A stretch of 49,828 bases of DNA from Candidatus Geohabitans tengchongensis (lineage in GTDB: Bacteria > Sysuimicrobiota > Sysuimicrobiia > Sysuimicrobiales > Humicultoraceae). The stretch is from positions 58,390 through 108,217 of the forward strand of contig JAVKIH010000001.1 of the NCBI GenBank assembly GCA_031459625.1, written 5' to 3'. Below are positions 1 to 10,481 of the stretch, piece by piece. The notes beneath the pieces were generated by a model that saw only the letters and a list, made by a program, of their open reading frames with translations, was not told the DNA's origin and ran no database searches. Within the stretch, counting starts at the first letter, position 1. Every line of letters begins with the position of its first letter. The translations under genes and the position numbers were made by a program.

Positions 1-468
1 GCGGTGGTGACCGTGAGCCGCGGCGAGGGGGAGTGGCGGCGGGTCGTCGTCCTTCCACGTGAAAAGGCGGGCCCGCCCGAGGAGGTGGGCGAGCAGGAAC
101 CCCTCAACGCCCGATATCGTTTCGGCGAGCGGACGCGACGCCCTGAGCAGGGAGGATCCCCACAGCGTTCTGACCGCGGGCGGAGGACGTGGCCGGGGAA
201 TCGAGAGCGGACAGCTCAGGGACGCAGGCCGAGGCCTCCCCGTCCAGGCGCGACTCCTGGGGCTGACCGACATGGGCAGGGATACGGTCCTCGCATGGGC
301 CGCGCCCCCGTCGTCCCACCATGGGCCGCACCCTCCCGCGGCACGGAGAAGGAGGGCCCGCCGGGCCGCCGCCCGGAGGGGCTTCCCGCGGATGAGGAGT
401 TGGAGGCAGAGATCGAAGCGCTGGCCCGAAGGATGGGACGGTCGCCCGAAGACGATCAGTCGAAGTAG
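1..468 (+). CDS. jag: 3' part of Jag/EloR/KhpB RNA-binding protein (end of R3H domain plus long low-complexity tail); 5'-truncated
   Basis: AVVTVSRGEGEWRRVVVLP resembles the R3H C-terminus of Jag; sits directly upstream of rsmG-parA-parB. Confidence 0.7.
   Translation, partial: AVVTVSRGEGEWRRVVVLPREKAGPPEEVGEQEPLNARYRFGERTRRPEQGGSPQRSDRGRRTWPGNRERTAQGRRPRPPRPGATPGADRHGQGYGPRMGRAPVVPPWAAPSRGTEKEGPPGRRPEGLPADEELEAEIEALARRMGRSPEDDQSK
51..66. promoter_or_regulatory. parS-like site inside jag
   Basis: CCTTCCACGTGAAAAG matches the 12-bp core of TGTTNCACGTGAAACA. Confidence 0.55.
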
Positions 469-493
469 CCGGGCCTGGCGCAAGGGGGTCTGA

Positions 494-1222
494 CTGGCCC
501 ACCCCTCCGAATCTCCCCGGGAACTCATCCTCGAGGGTGCTCGAGCTCTCCGCCTCGAAGTCCCACCTGAGGCGCTCGGACGCCTGCTCGCCTACGCCAG
601 GCTCGTGCTGGAGTGGCGCGACCGGGCCAGCCTGACCGCCTATGGGGCCCTGGAGGTGATCGCACGGTGCCTGGTGGTGGAGTCGCTCTTCTGCCTGGCC
701 GCGTTCCCCTTTCCCCCTCGCGCCCGAGTCATCGACATCGGCACCGGGGCCGGCTTCCCGGGGGTCCCCCTGGCAGTCCTCCGTCCGGACCTGGACGTCA
801 CGCTTCTGGAGGCTTCCCGGCGGAAGGTGGCGTTCCTGGAGATGGCCACTCAGGCGATCGGCCTTGCCGTCCGGATCATCCACGGAAGAGCCGAAGACAT
901 CGCCCGGCAGCAGGAGCACCGCGAGGGGTATGGAGTGGTCGTCTCCCGTGCCGCCGCCCCCCTGCGAATCATCCTGGAGCTAGCCCTCCCGCTGCTGGCT
1001 GTTGGAGGTGCTGGTCTCTTCTCCTCCGGCGCAAGAGCCGCCGAAGAGGTGGCCTCTGCTGGCGCTCACCTGGCTGCCCTTGGAGGGGTCCTGGGCTCCG
1101 TCTGGTTGCCTCCTCCGGCCCTGGAGACGGTCTCGCGGGTGGTCGTGGTCACCAAGGTGGCTCGAACGCCGGAGAGGTTCCCCCGTCGCTTTCAGCGGAT
1201 GCGTCGCGACGTTTTCACGTGA
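494..1222 (+). CDS. rsmG: 16S rRNA m7G527 methyltransferase RsmG (GidB); probable CTG start
   Basis: DIGTGAGFPG, LLEASRRKVAFL, HGRAED and VSRA motifs; frame is open back to CTG 494, which follows AAGGGGG. Confidence 0.92.
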   Translation: MAHPSESPRELILEGARALRLEVPPEALGRLLAYARLVLEWRDRASLTAYGALEVIARCLVVESLFCLAAFPFPPRARVIDIGTGAGFPGVPLAVLRPDLDVTLLEASRRKVAFLEMATQAIGLAVRIIHGRAEDIARQQEHREGYGVVVSRAAAPLRIILELALPLLAVGGAGLFSSGARAAEEVASAGAHLAALGGVLGSVWLPPPALETVSRVVVVTKVARTPERFPRRFQRMRRDVFT

Positions 1223-1227
1223 AAACG
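1210..1227. promoter_or_regulatory. parS-like centromere site
   Basis: Perfect 18-bp palindrome CGTTTTCACGTGAAAACG with parS core TTTCACGTGAAA, just upstream of parA. Confidence 0.75.
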
Positions 1228-1301
1228 GGGGGAGGAGGCGAGGTAGCTCCGGCGAAGAAGCCAGGAGGTCGCAGCAGCCTTACGGCACCTTTCGTCGCAC
1301 C

Positions 1302-2093
1302 GTGCATCGGACTATCGCCATCGTGAACCAGAAAGGCGGGGTGGGGAAATCCACCACCGCCGTGAACTTAGGGACTGCGCTTGCCCTCGAGGGTCTGCGG
1401 GTACTCGTCGTAGACCTCGACCCCCAGGCCAATGCCACGAGCGGGCTGGGCGTCCCCAAGCCTCCCGCGCGCGCTTCCATCTACCACGTCCTCATCGAGG
1501 GAACCTCGCTGGAGCAGGTGATCGTCCCGACCGCCGTGCCGGGCGTCTTCCTGGTCCCCTCGAACATCCACCTGGCCGGAGCCGAGGTCGAACTGGTCCC
1601 CATGCTCTCCCGGGAGACCCGGCTGCGGGAGGCCCTGGGTGCGCTGCGCGAGGCCTACGACGTCATCCTGCTCGACTGCCCGCCTTCGCTCGGCCTGTTG
1701 ACGATCAACGCGCTGACGGCGGCGCAGGAAGTGCTGATCCCTATCCAGTGCGAGTACTACGCCCTCGAGGGGCTGAGTCAGCTCCTGGACTCCATCGGCC
1801 TCGTCCGCCGCCACCTGAACTCGCAGCTGGAGGTCACCGGTGTCCTCCTGACGATGTACGACAGCCGGACCAGGCTCTCCGATCAGGTCGCAGACGAAGT
1901 CCGCGGGTTCTTCAAAGAACGGGTCTACCGGACGATTATTCCCAGGAGTGTGCGATTGGCGGAGGCTCCCAGCCATGGCCTCCCCATCGCCCTGTACGAT
2001 CCCGGCTCGCGCGGCGCGGAGGCGTATGCCGAGCTGGCCAAGGAGGTCATGACCCGTGGACGACCGGTTGGGGTCATCGAGCACGTCGGCTGA
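1302..2093 (+). CDS. parA: Chromosome partitioning ATPase ParA/Soj
   Basis: NQKGGVGKSTT deviant Walker A, DLDPQAN, DCPPSLG, IQCEYYALEG; start set at GTG 1302. Confidence 0.95.
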   Translation: MHRTIAIVNQKGGVGKSTTAVNLGTALALEGLRVLVVDLDPQANATSGLGVPKPPARASIYHVLIEGTSLEQVIVPTAVPGVFLVPSNIHLAGAEVELVPMLSRETRLREALGALREAYDVILLDCPPSLGLLTINALTAAQEVLIPIQCEYYALEGLSQLLDSIGLVRRHLNSQLEVTGVLLTMYDSRTRLSDQVADEVRGFFKERVYRTIIPRSVRLAEAPSHGLPIALYDPGSRGAEAYAELAKEVMTRGRPVGVIEHVG

Positions 2094-3003
2094 GCACCGG
2101 CGTCGAGCGCTCGGGCGTGGGTTGAGCGCGCTGCTGGGCCGGGAGGCGCTCGACGAGGGCGCGGTGCGGGAGATTGCCATCAGCGACATCCGTCCCGGTC
2201 CCTTCCAGCCCAGGGGCCCCGTCGCGGCCGAGGATCTGGCCGACCTGATCGCATCCGTCCGCGAGCGCGGCGTCATCCAGCCCGTGGTGGTGCGGCCTGT
2301 GGAGGACGGCTACGAGCTGGTGGCAGGCGAACGACGGTGGCGGGCGGCGGTGGCGGCCGGCCTGGCCGTCCTCCCGGCCGTGGTGCGGCGCCTGTCCGAT
2401 CAGGAAGCCCTCGAGGTGGCCCTGATCGAGAACCTCCTGCGGGAGGACCTCTCGCCGCTCGAGCGCGCGCGCGCCTACCGGCGTCTCCACCAGGAGTTCG
2501 GCCTGACGCAAGAACAGATCGCCGCCCGTCTCCACCGCAGCCCCTCCAGTGTGGCCAACACGCTGCGGCTCCTCCACCTCCCCCCGGAGGTCCAGCACGC
2601 CCTGGAGCAGGGTCGGCTGACCGAGGGACACGGCAGGGCCTTGCTCGGTCTGGCCGACGAGGAGGCGATCGTGGCGGCGGCCCGGGAGGTGCAGCGGCGC
2701 AACCTCACGGTGAGGCAGGCCGAGCGCCTGGTCAGGCGGTGGGGTGCAGGGCCCCGCCGGCGTGGTCGACCGCACAATCTGGACCTCCAGGCGGTGGAGG
2801 AGGAGTTGACCGCCCGGTTCAAGACCCGGGTCACCATCACGGGCGGGCGGCGCGGGGGGCGCATTGCCATCGCCTTCTACAGCTTGGAGGACCTGGACCG
2901 GCTGGTCGCCCTGCTCCAGCAGGCTGCCGAGGCCGCATCCAGGCCGGATTCGGCCCCTCCTCCGGTCGCCCCCACGCCGGTAGCCTCTACCCCTCTCGGG
3001 TGA
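2056..3003 (+). CDS. parB: Chromosome partitioning CTPase ParB/Spo0J
   Basis: LGRGLSAL, QPR, AGERRWRA, ALIENLLREDL and HTH region. Confidence 0.95.
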   Translation: MDDRLGSSSTSAEHRRRALGRGLSALLGREALDEGAVREIAISDIRPGPFQPRGPVAAEDLADLIASVRERGVIQPVVVRPVEDGYELVAGERRWRAAVAAGLAVLPAVVRRLSDQEALEVALIENLLREDLSPLERARAYRRLHQEFGLTQEQIAARLHRSPSSVANTLRLLHLPPEVQHALEQGRLTEGHGRALLGLADEEAIVAAAREVQRRNLTVRQAERLVRRWGAGPRRRGRPHNLDLQAVEEELTARFKTRVTITGGRRGGRIAIAFYSLEDLDRLVALLQQAAEAASRPDSAPPPVAPTPVASTPLG

Positions 3004-3022
3004 GGCCGCCCTGGGCCGGGCC

Positions 3023-3610
3023 GTGACCCGCGAGGAGGCCTGGGAGCTCCTCTGCCGGTGGGTCCAAAGTCCGGCGCTCAGGCGCCACCTGCTGGGGGTG
3101 GAGGCGGCCATGCGCGCCTACGCCCGGCGGTTGGGCGGTGACCCTGACCTCTGGGGGCTGGCCGGGCTCCTCCACGACCTCGACTACGAGCGCCATCCCT
3201 CCCAGGAAGCGGGCCACCCCTACCGCGGGGCGGAGGCCCTCCAGGCGGCCGGTGCCCCTCCGGAGGTCGTCCGGGCTGTCCTGGCCCACGCCGACTATAC
3301 GGGCGTGACCAGGGAAACACCCATGGAGAAGGCGCTCTTCGCCTGTGACGAGCTCGTGGGGTTCCTGATCGCCGTCGCCCTCTCCCGCCCGGGACGGACC
3401 ATCGCCGAGGTGGACGTCCCGGCGGTCTTGAAGAAACTCAAGGAGAAGGCCTTCGCGCGCGGGGTGAATCGCGAAGAGCTCAGGCGGGGCGCTGCTGAGC
3501 TCGGGGTGCCGTTTGAGAAGCACATCCAGGTGGTGCTGGAGGCCCTCCAGGCAGAGGCGCCGGCGCTGGGCCTCGCCGGCGAGGCATCGGTCCCACCGGG
3601 GTCCGGTTAG
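3023..3610 (+). CDS. HD-domain (HDIG-like) phosphohydrolase
   Basis: RRH...GLLHDLDYE...LFACDEL...FARGVNR motifs. Confidence 0.85.
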   Translation: MTREEAWELLCRWVQSPALRRHLLGVEAAMRAYARRLGGDPDLWGLAGLLHDLDYERHPSQEAGHPYRGAEALQAAGAPPEVVRAVLAHADYTGVTRETPMEKALFACDELVGFLIAVALSRPGRTIAEVDVPAVLKKLKEKAFARGVNREELRRGAAELGVPFEKHIQVVLEALQAEAPALGLAGEASVPPGSG

Positions 3611-3660
3611 GCGGATTCCACGCCGAGGCGGCGGAGGAGATCGCCTCCTGGCTGTGGAAG

Positions 3661-4164
3661 GTGAGCCGCGATCCCGGTCCCCACGGTCCGGCACTCCACA
3701 TGGCCGTCCGCATCGACCCGATCGTCCTCAGCATCGCCCTGGTCGCCCTCGCTACCGTGCTGGCGGTGACGGCGCTCTTTCTCGTGGTGCTGCTTCGACG
3801 GCAGCTCCGCCTGGCACCCCGGCCTGCTCCCGACGACCGCGGGACGGCAGATCGCCTCATGGCGGTCGAGCGACGCCTCGCGGACCTGGCCGACCAGGTC
3901 CGCGAAGTGCGCGACGCCCTCGACCGTACTGTGCAACACGTCGGCATGGTCCGCTACGATGCCTTTCAGGACCTTGGCGGGCAGATGAGCTTCAGCCTGG
4001 CGCTGCTCGACCGGCGGCGTACCGGCGTGGTGGTGAGCGTCCTGAACGGTCGGGACGGAAGCCGGGGCTATGCGAAGGCGGTCGTCGGTGGGCGCCCCAC
4101 CCTCCCCCTGTCAGAGGAGGAGGCGGAGGCGGTCGCTCGGGCGCTCGGCACCCCGTCAGTCTGA
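3661..4164 (+). CDS. DUF4446-family membrane-anchored protein
   Basis: N-terminal TM helix, coiled coil, VRYDAFQDLGGQMSFSLALLD...YAK. Confidence 0.8.
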   Translation: MSRDPGPHGPALHMAVRIDPIVLSIALVALATVLAVTALFLVVLLRRQLRLAPRPAPDDRGTADRLMAVERRLADLADQVREVRDALDRTVQHVGMVRYDAFQDLGGQMSFSLALLDRRRTGVVVSVLNGRDGSRGYAKAVVGGRPTLPLSEEEAEAVARALGTPSV

Positions 4165-4293
4165 GGGGATCCCGGAGCCGCCGGCTGCGGCGCGGCGTCG
4201 GCGGCCGGGGCGCGCCCATCGGACACCGATGCGGGTTCGGCCTCGGGTGTCCGGCCGTTGACCCGCCCGGGGTGAGGTAGCGGAGCGCCGCCC

Positions 4294-5031
4294 GTGCTCT
4301 TCCGCGACCGACGCGAGGCCGGTGAGCGGCTGGGGGAAGCCCTGAGGGGCCTCGACCTGGCTGATCCGGTGGTCCTGGCCATTCCCCGGGGCGGCGTGAT
4401 TGTCGGGGCGGCGGTCGCCGCAGCCCTCGCCGCTCCCCTCGACGTCATCGTCCCGCGCAAGTTGCGCGCGCCCGACAACCCCGAGCTGGCCATCGGGGCG
4501 GTGGCCCACGACGGCTCGGTGTACCTGGACCAGACGCTCCTCCACCTGCTGGGGGTGGACGACGCCTATGTCGCCGAGGAGGTCCGCCGCCAGCGTGAGG
4601 AGATCCGCCGCCGCCTCTTCCTGTACCGGGGACGGGAGGACTACCCCTCCATGGCCGCGCACACGGTGATCCTGGTCGACGACGGCATCGCCACCGGTGC
4701 TACGATGATCGCAGCAGCACGGGCCGTTCGGGCGATGCGGCCCGCTCAGACGGTGATCGCCATCCCGGTCGGTCCGCCGGACGGCGTGCAGCGGCTGGAA
4801 CGGGAGGCCGATCGGGTGGTCGTCCTGGAGACCCCGCCGACCTTCTACGCGGTGGGCCAGTTCTACGAGGACTTCACCCAGACGACCGACGAGGAGGTCC
4901 TGGAGGCGCTGGGGCGCTCCGCCGGTGCCGCAGGTCCGGGGCCGGCGCGGGGCGCGGCGCCCGGCCGGGAGGACGGGGAGCGCCGGGAGGGGGAGGGCGG
5001 GCAGCATCGGCCAGGGGAGGGCGGGGCATGA
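4294..5031 (+). CDS. Type I phosphoribosyltransferase-family protein
   Basis: FRDRREAG, AIPRGGV, PRPP loop VDDGIATG, AVGQFYEDF. Confidence 0.88.
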   Translation: MLFRDRREAGERLGEALRGLDLADPVVLAIPRGGVIVGAAVAAALAAPLDVIVPRKLRAPDNPELAIGAVAHDGSVYLDQTLLHLLGVDDAYVAEEVRRQREEIRRRLFLYRGREDYPSMAAHTVILVDDGIATGATMIAAARAVRAMRPAQTVIAIPVGPPDGVQRLEREADRVVVLETPPTFYAVGQFYEDFTQTTDEEVLEALGRSAGAAGPGPARGAAPGREDGERREGEGGQHRPGEGGA

Positions 5032-5046
5032 GTGAGGGACTGAATC

Positions 5047-6177
5047 GTGGGTGAAGCGACCACGCTGCGGCGGACGCCTCTCCACGCCGCGCACCTGGCG
5101 CTCGGGGCGCGGATGGTACCCTTCGCCGGGTGGGAGATGCCGGTGCAGTACCGGGGGATCATGGAGGAGCACCTGGCGGTCCGCTCGCGGGCGGGGCTCT
5201 TCGACGTCTCCCACATGGGCGAGATCCTGGTCGAGGGGCCGGGCGCCCTGGAGACGCTCCAGCGCCTGCTCACCAACGACGTCGGGCGGCTGCGGGTCGG
5301 GCAGGGCCTGTACTCTCCTATGTGTGCACCGCACGGCGGCATCCTGGACGACCTCACCGCCTTCCGCGTGGGCGAGGAGCGCTACCTCCTCGTCGTGAAC
5401 GCCGCCACCACGGCCAAGGACCTGGCCTGGGTGGCCGACCACGGCGATCAGGCGGTCGTCCGCGACGTCTCGTCGGAGATGGCCCTGCTGGCCCTGCAGG
5501 GACCGGCCGCCGAGGTTATCCTGAGCCAGCTGACGCCGGCCCCGCTCGCGCGCCTGCGTCCCTTCGACGCGGTGCCGCGCACGACGGTGGCCGACCGGCC
5601 GGCCTTCCTCTCCCGCACCGGCTACACCGGCGAGGACGGGTTCGAGATCGGCCCGGCCTGGGAGGACGCGCCCCCGGTGTGGGAGGCCCTCCTCGCCGCC
5701 GGCCAGCCCCTCGGGCTGCAGCCGGCCGGATTGGGAGCGCGCGACACGCTGCGGCTGGAGGCGGGTTTCATGCTCTACGGCAGCGACATCGACGAGACGA
5801 CGACGCCGCTCGAGGCGCCGCTGGGGTGGACGGTGAGGTGGGAGAAGGGAGACTTCATCGGGCGGGCGGCGCTGCTGGCGCAGCGGGAGCGGGGGGTGGA
5901 GCGCCGGCTCGTCGGCTTCACCCTGGCGGAGCGCGCCATCGCCAGGCACGGCTTCCCCATCCTGCGGGACGGCGCTACGGTCGGGCGCGTGACCAGCGGG
6001 ACCTTCAGCCCGACGCTGCAGCGCAGCATCGGCCTGGGCTACGTCGCCGTGGTCCACGCGGAGCCGGGGACCCCGCTGGCCGTGGAGATCCGCGGCCGCC
6101 CCGTGCCGGGGGAGGTCACCCGCCTCCCCTTCTACCGGCGCCCGAAGGCAGAGCGGCCGGTCGCCGCGGGGCGCTGA
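5047..6177 (+). CDS. gcvT: Glycine cleavage system aminomethyltransferase T
   Basis: FAGWEMPVQY, FDVSHMG, RTGYTGEDGFE, GLGARDTLRLEAG. Confidence 0.96.
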   Translation: MGEATTLRRTPLHAAHLALGARMVPFAGWEMPVQYRGIMEEHLAVRSRAGLFDVSHMGEILVEGPGALETLQRLLTNDVGRLRVGQGLYSPMCAPHGGILDDLTAFRVGEERYLLVVNAATTAKDLAWVADHGDQAVVRDVSSEMALLALQGPAAEVILSQLTPAPLARLRPFDAVPRTTVADRPAFLSRTGYTGEDGFEIGPAWEDAPPVWEALLAAGQPLGLQPAGLGARDTLRLEAGFMLYGSDIDETTTPLEAPLGWTVRWEKGDFIGRAALLAQRERGVERRLVGFTLAERAIARHGFPILRDGATVGRVTSGTFSPTLQRSIGLGYVAVVHAEPGTPLAVEIRGRPVPGEVTRLPFYRRPKAERPVAAGR

Positions 6178-6194
6178 CGGCGACGAGGTGGGCG

Positions 6195-6578
6195 ATGTTC
6201 CCTGAGGACCTCCGGTACACGAAGGAGCACGAGTGGGCGCGGCGCGAGGATGGGCGGATCCGTGTCGGCATCACCCGGTTCGCCGCCGACCGCCTCAGCG
6301 ACGTCGTCTTCATCGAGCTCCCCCGTCCCGGCAGCACGGTGACCCAGATGCAGACCTTCGGCGTGATCGAATCGGTGAAGGCCGTCTCTGACCTCTACGC
6401 CCCGGTCTCGGGGACGGTCGTCGAGGTGAACACGCAGCTGGCCGAGCGCCCCGAGCTGGTCAACCAGGACCCGTACGGAGCGGGGTGGATGCTGCTCCTG
6501 GAACCCAGCGACCCCACGGAGTGGGAGCGCCTGCTGTCGGCGGAGGAGTACCGGCGGCTCGTCGGCGAGGAGGCCTAG
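6195..6578 (+). CDS. gcvH: Glycine cleavage system H protein
   Basis: MFPEDLRYTKEHEW, lipoyl site IESVKAVSD, NQDPYGAGW. Confidence 0.96.
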   Translation: MFPEDLRYTKEHEWARREDGRIRVGITRFAADRLSDVVFIELPRPGSTVTQMQTFGVIESVKAVSDLYAPVSGTVVEVNTQLAERPELVNQDPYGAGWMLLLEPSDPTEWERLLSAEEYRRLVGEEA

Positions 6579-6580
6579 CG

Positions 6581-7960
6581 GTGGCCCGCGCCTGGGTGCC
6601 CCACAGGTACCTGCCGCTGACCGAGGCGGACCGCGCGCAGATGCTGGCGACGATCGGTGTGGCCGACGTGGAGGACCTCTTCGCCGACATCCCGGCGAGC
6701 GTGCGGCTGCTGCGGGACCTCCGCCTTCCCCCCGCCCCCAGCGACGCCGAGCTGCTGGCGGAGCTGCGCGCGTTCAGCGGCCAGAACGCCGACGCGGACC
6801 GCTACGTCTGCTTCCTCGGGGCCGGCGCCTACGACCACTTCATCCCCAGCGTCGTCTGGCACCTGGCCGGGCGCGCGGAGTTCGTCACCGCCTACACCCC
6901 CTACCAGGCCGAGCTGATGCAGGGAGAGCTGCAGGCCACCTACGAGTACCAGAGCCTGCTGTGTGCCCTGACCGGCATGGAGGTGGCCAACGCCTCCATG
7001 TACGACGGGGCCAGCGCGACCGCGGAGGCGGCCGTCATGGCGCGTGACCTCACGCGGCGCTCCGGCATCCTCCTGTCCACCGCGGTCCACCCCGAGTACC
7101 GCCAGGTGCTGCGCACCTACACCGCCCCGCTGGGGCTCACCGTGACCGACCTGCCGCACGAGGGCGGGGTCACGACCCCGCAGGCGGTGCGCGACGCCCT
7201 GGACGGCGAGACCGCGGCCGTCGTCGTCCAGCACCCCAACTTCTTCGGCCGCCTGGAGGAGGTGCGGGCGCTGGCGGAGGCCGCCCACGCCGCCGGCGCG
7301 TTGTTGGTGGTGGCGGTGGCCGATCCGGTGGCCTACGGGCTGCTGCAGCCGCCGGGGGCGCTCGGCGCCGACATCGTCGCCGGCGAGGGGCAGCCGCTCG
7401 GCAACCACCTGAACTTCGGCGGTCCCTACCTGGGCATGCTGGCCACGCGCGAGGCCTTCGTGCGCCGTATGCCCGGACGTCTCGTCGGCGCGACGGTCGA
7501 CGCGCGTGGCCGTCGCGGCTTCGTCCTCACCCTGCAGACCCGCGAGCAGCACATCCGGCGCGAGCGGGCGACGAGCAACATCTGCACCAACGAGGCCCTC
7601 AACGCCCTGGCGGCCGCCGTCTACATGGCGGCGCTGGGGCCGCACGGCCTGCGCCAGGTGGCGGAAGCATGCGTCCGCAAGGCCCACTACGCGCGGGAGC
7701 GCCTGTGCGCCCTGCCCGGGTTCGGCCTGGCCTTCCCCGGCCCGACGTTCCACGAGTTCGTCCTCACTTGCCCGCTGCCGCCCGAGCGGCTGAACGACGG
7801 GCTCCAGTCCCGAGGGATCCTGGGGGGACTGCCGCTCGGCCCCTGCTACCCGGACCTCGACCACGGCTGGCTCCTCTGCGTGACCGAGATGCGCACCCGG
7901 GCGGAGATCGACCGGCTGGTGGAGGCGGTGGCGGAGATCGCCGAGGAGGACGTCCGATGA
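6581..7960 (+). CDS. gcvPA: Glycine dehydrogenase subunit 1
   Basis: [41 protein letters not shown]. Confidence 0.95.
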   Translation: MARAWVPHRYLPLTEADRAQMLATIGVADVEDLFADIPASVRLLRDLRLPPAPSDAELLAELRAFSGQNADADRYVCFLGAGAYDHFIPSVVWHLAGRAEFVTAYTPYQAELMQGELQATYEYQSLLCALTGMEVANASMYDGASATAEAAVMARDLTRRSGILLSTAVHPEYRQVLRTYTAPLGLTVTDLPHEGGVTTPQAVRDALDGETAAVVVQHPNFFGRLEEVRALAEAAHAAGALLVVAVADPVAYGLLQPPGALGADIVAGEGQPLGNHLNFGGPYLGMLATREAFVRRMPGRLVGATVDARGRRGFVLTLQTREQHIRRERATSNICTNEALNALAAAVYMAALGPHGLRQVAEACVRKAHYARERLCALPGFGLAFPGPTFHEFVLTCPLPPERLNDGLQSRGILGGLPLGPCYPDLDHGWLLCVTEMRTRAEIDRLVEAVAEIAEEDVR

Positions 7961-9498
7961 CGGAGCACCACGGGATCGCCTCGGCCGGGGTGAGCGCCCC
8001 GCCGCAGGAGGCGCCGCGCCGGCCGGACGCGGACGGGATCCCGCTGCTCATCGAGCAGAGCGCCCCGGGTCGTCGGGCCGCCGCCCCGCCGGCGAGCGAC
8101 GTGCCCCCCGTGCCGCTCGAGGCCATCCTCCCCCCGGCCGTCCTGCGCCCCACGCCGCCGCCGCTGCCGGAGGTGAGTGAGCTCGACCTGGTGCGCCACT
8201 ACACCCGCCTCTCCCACCGCAACTACGCGGTGGATCTGGGGTTCTACCCGCTGGGGTCGTGCACGATGAAGTACAACCCCAAGGTCAATGAGGACGCGGC
8301 GCGCCTGCCGGGCTTCGCCCGCCTCCACCCCTACACCCCCGGGCCGCTGGCCCAGGGGGCGCTGCGGCTCATGGCGGAACTGGAGGCGATGCTGGCCGAG
8401 ATTACCGGCATGGACCGTGTCACCTTCCAGCCCGCCGCGGGCGCGCACGGGGAGCTGACGGCGCTCCTGATGGTCCGGGCCTACTTCGCCGACCGCGGGG
8501 AGCGTCAGCGCACGCGCGTGGCCGTCCCCGACTCGGCCCACGGCACCAACCCGGCGTCGGCGGCGATGTGCGGCTACGAGGTCCTCACCGTGCCCAGCGA
8601 CCGGCGCGGCAACATCGACGTCGAGGCGCTGCGGCGCATGGCCGACGGGCGCCTGGCCGCCCTCATGCTCACCAACCCCAACACGCTGGGGCTTTTCGAG
8701 GAACGCATCCTCGAGGTGGCCGAGCTGGTGCACGGGGTCGGGGCCCAGCTCTACCTGGACGGCGCGAACTTCAATGCCATGCTGGGGATCACCCGGCCGG
8801 GCGACCAGGGGTTCGACCTGATGCACACCAACCTGCACAAGACCTTCAGCACCCCGCACGGTGGCGGGGGGCCGGGCGCGGGGCCGGTGGCGGTGAAGGC
8901 CCACCTGGCGCCCTACCTGCCGGTCCCGGTGGTGGAGCGCGACGGCGACGGCTACCGGCTGGACTACGACCGCCCGAAGTCGATCGGCCGCGTGCGGGCC
9001 TTCTACGGGAACTTCGCCGTGCTGGTGCGCGCCTACGCCTACATCCGCGCCTACGGACCGCTGCTGCGCCAGGTCTCCGAGGCGGCCGTCCTCAACGCCA
9101 ACTACCTGCTGGCGCTGCTGCGCGACGCCTTCGACCTTCCCTACGACCGGCCGTGCAAGCACGAGTTCGTCCTCTCCGGCCGGCGGCAGAAGCGGGAGTC
9201 CGGGGTCACCACGCGGGACATCGCCAAGCGCCTCCTCGACTACGGCTTCCACGCGCCGACGATCTACTTCCCGCTCATCGTGGAGGAGGCCATCATGGTC
9301 GAGCCCACCGAGACCGAGAGCCGCGAGACCCTGGAGGCCTTCGCCCGGGCCATGCTGGCTGTGGCGGAGGAATGCCGCACGCAGCCCGACTTGGTGCGCA
9401 CCGCCCCGCACACCACGCCCGTGGCGCGGCTGGACGAGGTCACCGCCGCGCGCCGCCCCAACCTGCGCTGGCGGTTGCCGGAAGACCCCCCGGCGTGA
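7957..9498 (+). CDS. gcvPB: Glycine dehydrogenase subunit 2
   Basis: [24 protein letters not shown] site [20 protein letters not shown] overlap with gcvPA. Confidence 0.95.
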   Translation: MTEHHGIASAGVSAPPQEAPRRPDADGIPLLIEQSAPGRRAAAPPASDVPPVPLEAILPPAVLRPTPPPLPEVSELDLVRHYTRLSHRNYAVDLGFYPLGSCTMKYNPKVNEDAARLPGFARLHPYTPGPLAQGALRLMAELEAMLAEITGMDRVTFQPAAGAHGELTALLMVRAYFADRGERQRTRVAVPDSAHGTNPASAAMCGYEVLTVPSDRRGNIDVEALRRMADGRLAALMLTNPNTLGLFEERILEVAELVHGVGAQLYLDGANFNAMLGITRPGDQGFDLMHTNLHKTFSTPHGGGGPGAGPVAVKAHLAPYLPVPVVERDGDGYRLDYDRPKSIGRVRAFYGNFAVLVRAYAYIRAYGPLLRQVSEAAVLNANYLLALLRDAFDLPYDRPCKHEFVLSGRRQKRESGVTTRDIAKRLLDYGFHAPTIYFPLIVEEAIMVEPTETESRETLEAFARAMLAVAEECRTQPDLVRTAPHTTPVARLDEVTAARRPNLRWRLPEDPPA

Positions 9499-10481
9499 CG
9501 GACGCGCCAGGCGCCGAGCGGGGTGGGGCGGCGGCCAGCGCTGTCGCGCTGACGCTGGAGGCCATCCGGGCGGCGCGCGAGCGCATCGCCCCGCACGTCC
9601 TGCGCACGCCCCTCCTGCCCTTCCACCCGCAGCCGGGGATCTGGCTCAAGGTGGAGGGAGTCCAGCCCACCGGCTCCTTCAAGGTGCGGGGGGCGGCGAG
9701 CCACCTCACCACGCTGTCACCCGGGCGCGGGGTTATCACCGCCTCTTCGGGCAACCACGGACAGGCGGTGGCCTACGTGGCCGCACGCCTCGGCCGGCCC
9801 GCCACGGTGGTCGTCCCCGAGGACGTTCCGGCGGTGAAGGCCGAGGGGATCGCCCGCTGGGGCGCGCGCCTCCTGCGCCACGGGCGCACCAGCGAGGAGC
9901 GGATCCGGCTGGCCCTGGACCTGGCCGAGCGCGAAGGGCTGGCCTACGTCCCGCCGTTTGACGACCCGCTGGTCATGGCAGGGCAAGGCACCGTGGGTCT
10001 GGAGATCGTGGAGGACCTGCCGGAGGTGCGGGCGGTGCTGGTGCCGGTGAGCGGTGGAGGGCTCATCTCCGGGGTCGCGGTGGCGGTCAAGGGGCTGCGC
10101 CCCCAGACGGCCGTCCTGGGCATTGAACCGGCCCTGCTACCCCGGTTTGCCCGCTCCCGCGCCGCCGGACGCCCTGTCCGGCTCCCCTTTGCTCCGACGG
10201 TGGCAGACGGCCTGCGCGTCCTGGAGCCCGGTCGCCTCACCTGGGAGGTGACCCGGGTCTGCGTCGACGACTTCGTGGCGGTGCCGGAGGAGGCCATCCT
10301 GGAGGCGGTGCGCCGCCTCCTCCTCGAGGCGCGGCTAGTGGTGGAGCCGTCGGGGGCGGTCGGGCTGGCTGCGCTCCTCAGCGGAACCGTCGACGTGCCC
10401 CGCGCCGCCGTGATCGTGCTGTCCGGCAGCAACGTGGACCCGGACCTGCTCGCTCGGGTGCTGGCGCGGTCCACGCTCTAA
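9495..10481 (+). CDS. PLP-dependent threonine/serine dehydratase family protein (no C-terminal regulatory domain)
   Basis: [37 protein letters not shown] overlap with gcvPB. Confidence 0.85.
   Translation: MTDAPGAERGGAAASAVALTLEAIRAARERIAPHVLRTPLLPFHPQPGIWLKVEGVQPTGSFKVRGAASHLTTLSPGRGVITASSGNHGQAVAYVAARLGRPATVVVPEDVPAVKAEGIARWGARLLRHGRTSEERIRLALDLAEREGLAYVPPFDDPLVMAGQGTVGLEIVEDLPEVRAVLVPVSGGGLISGVAVAVKGLRPQTAVLGIEPALLPRFARSRAAGRPVRLPFAPTVADGLRVLEPGRLTWEVTRVCVDDFVAVPEEAILEAVRRLLLEARLVVEPSGAVGLAALLSGTVDVPRAAVIVLSGSNVDPDLLARVLARSTL

Noticed and set aside
1002..1301. 100-aa N-terminal extension of ParA
   Set aside because: Overlaps rsmG; ParA similarity begins only at GTG 1302
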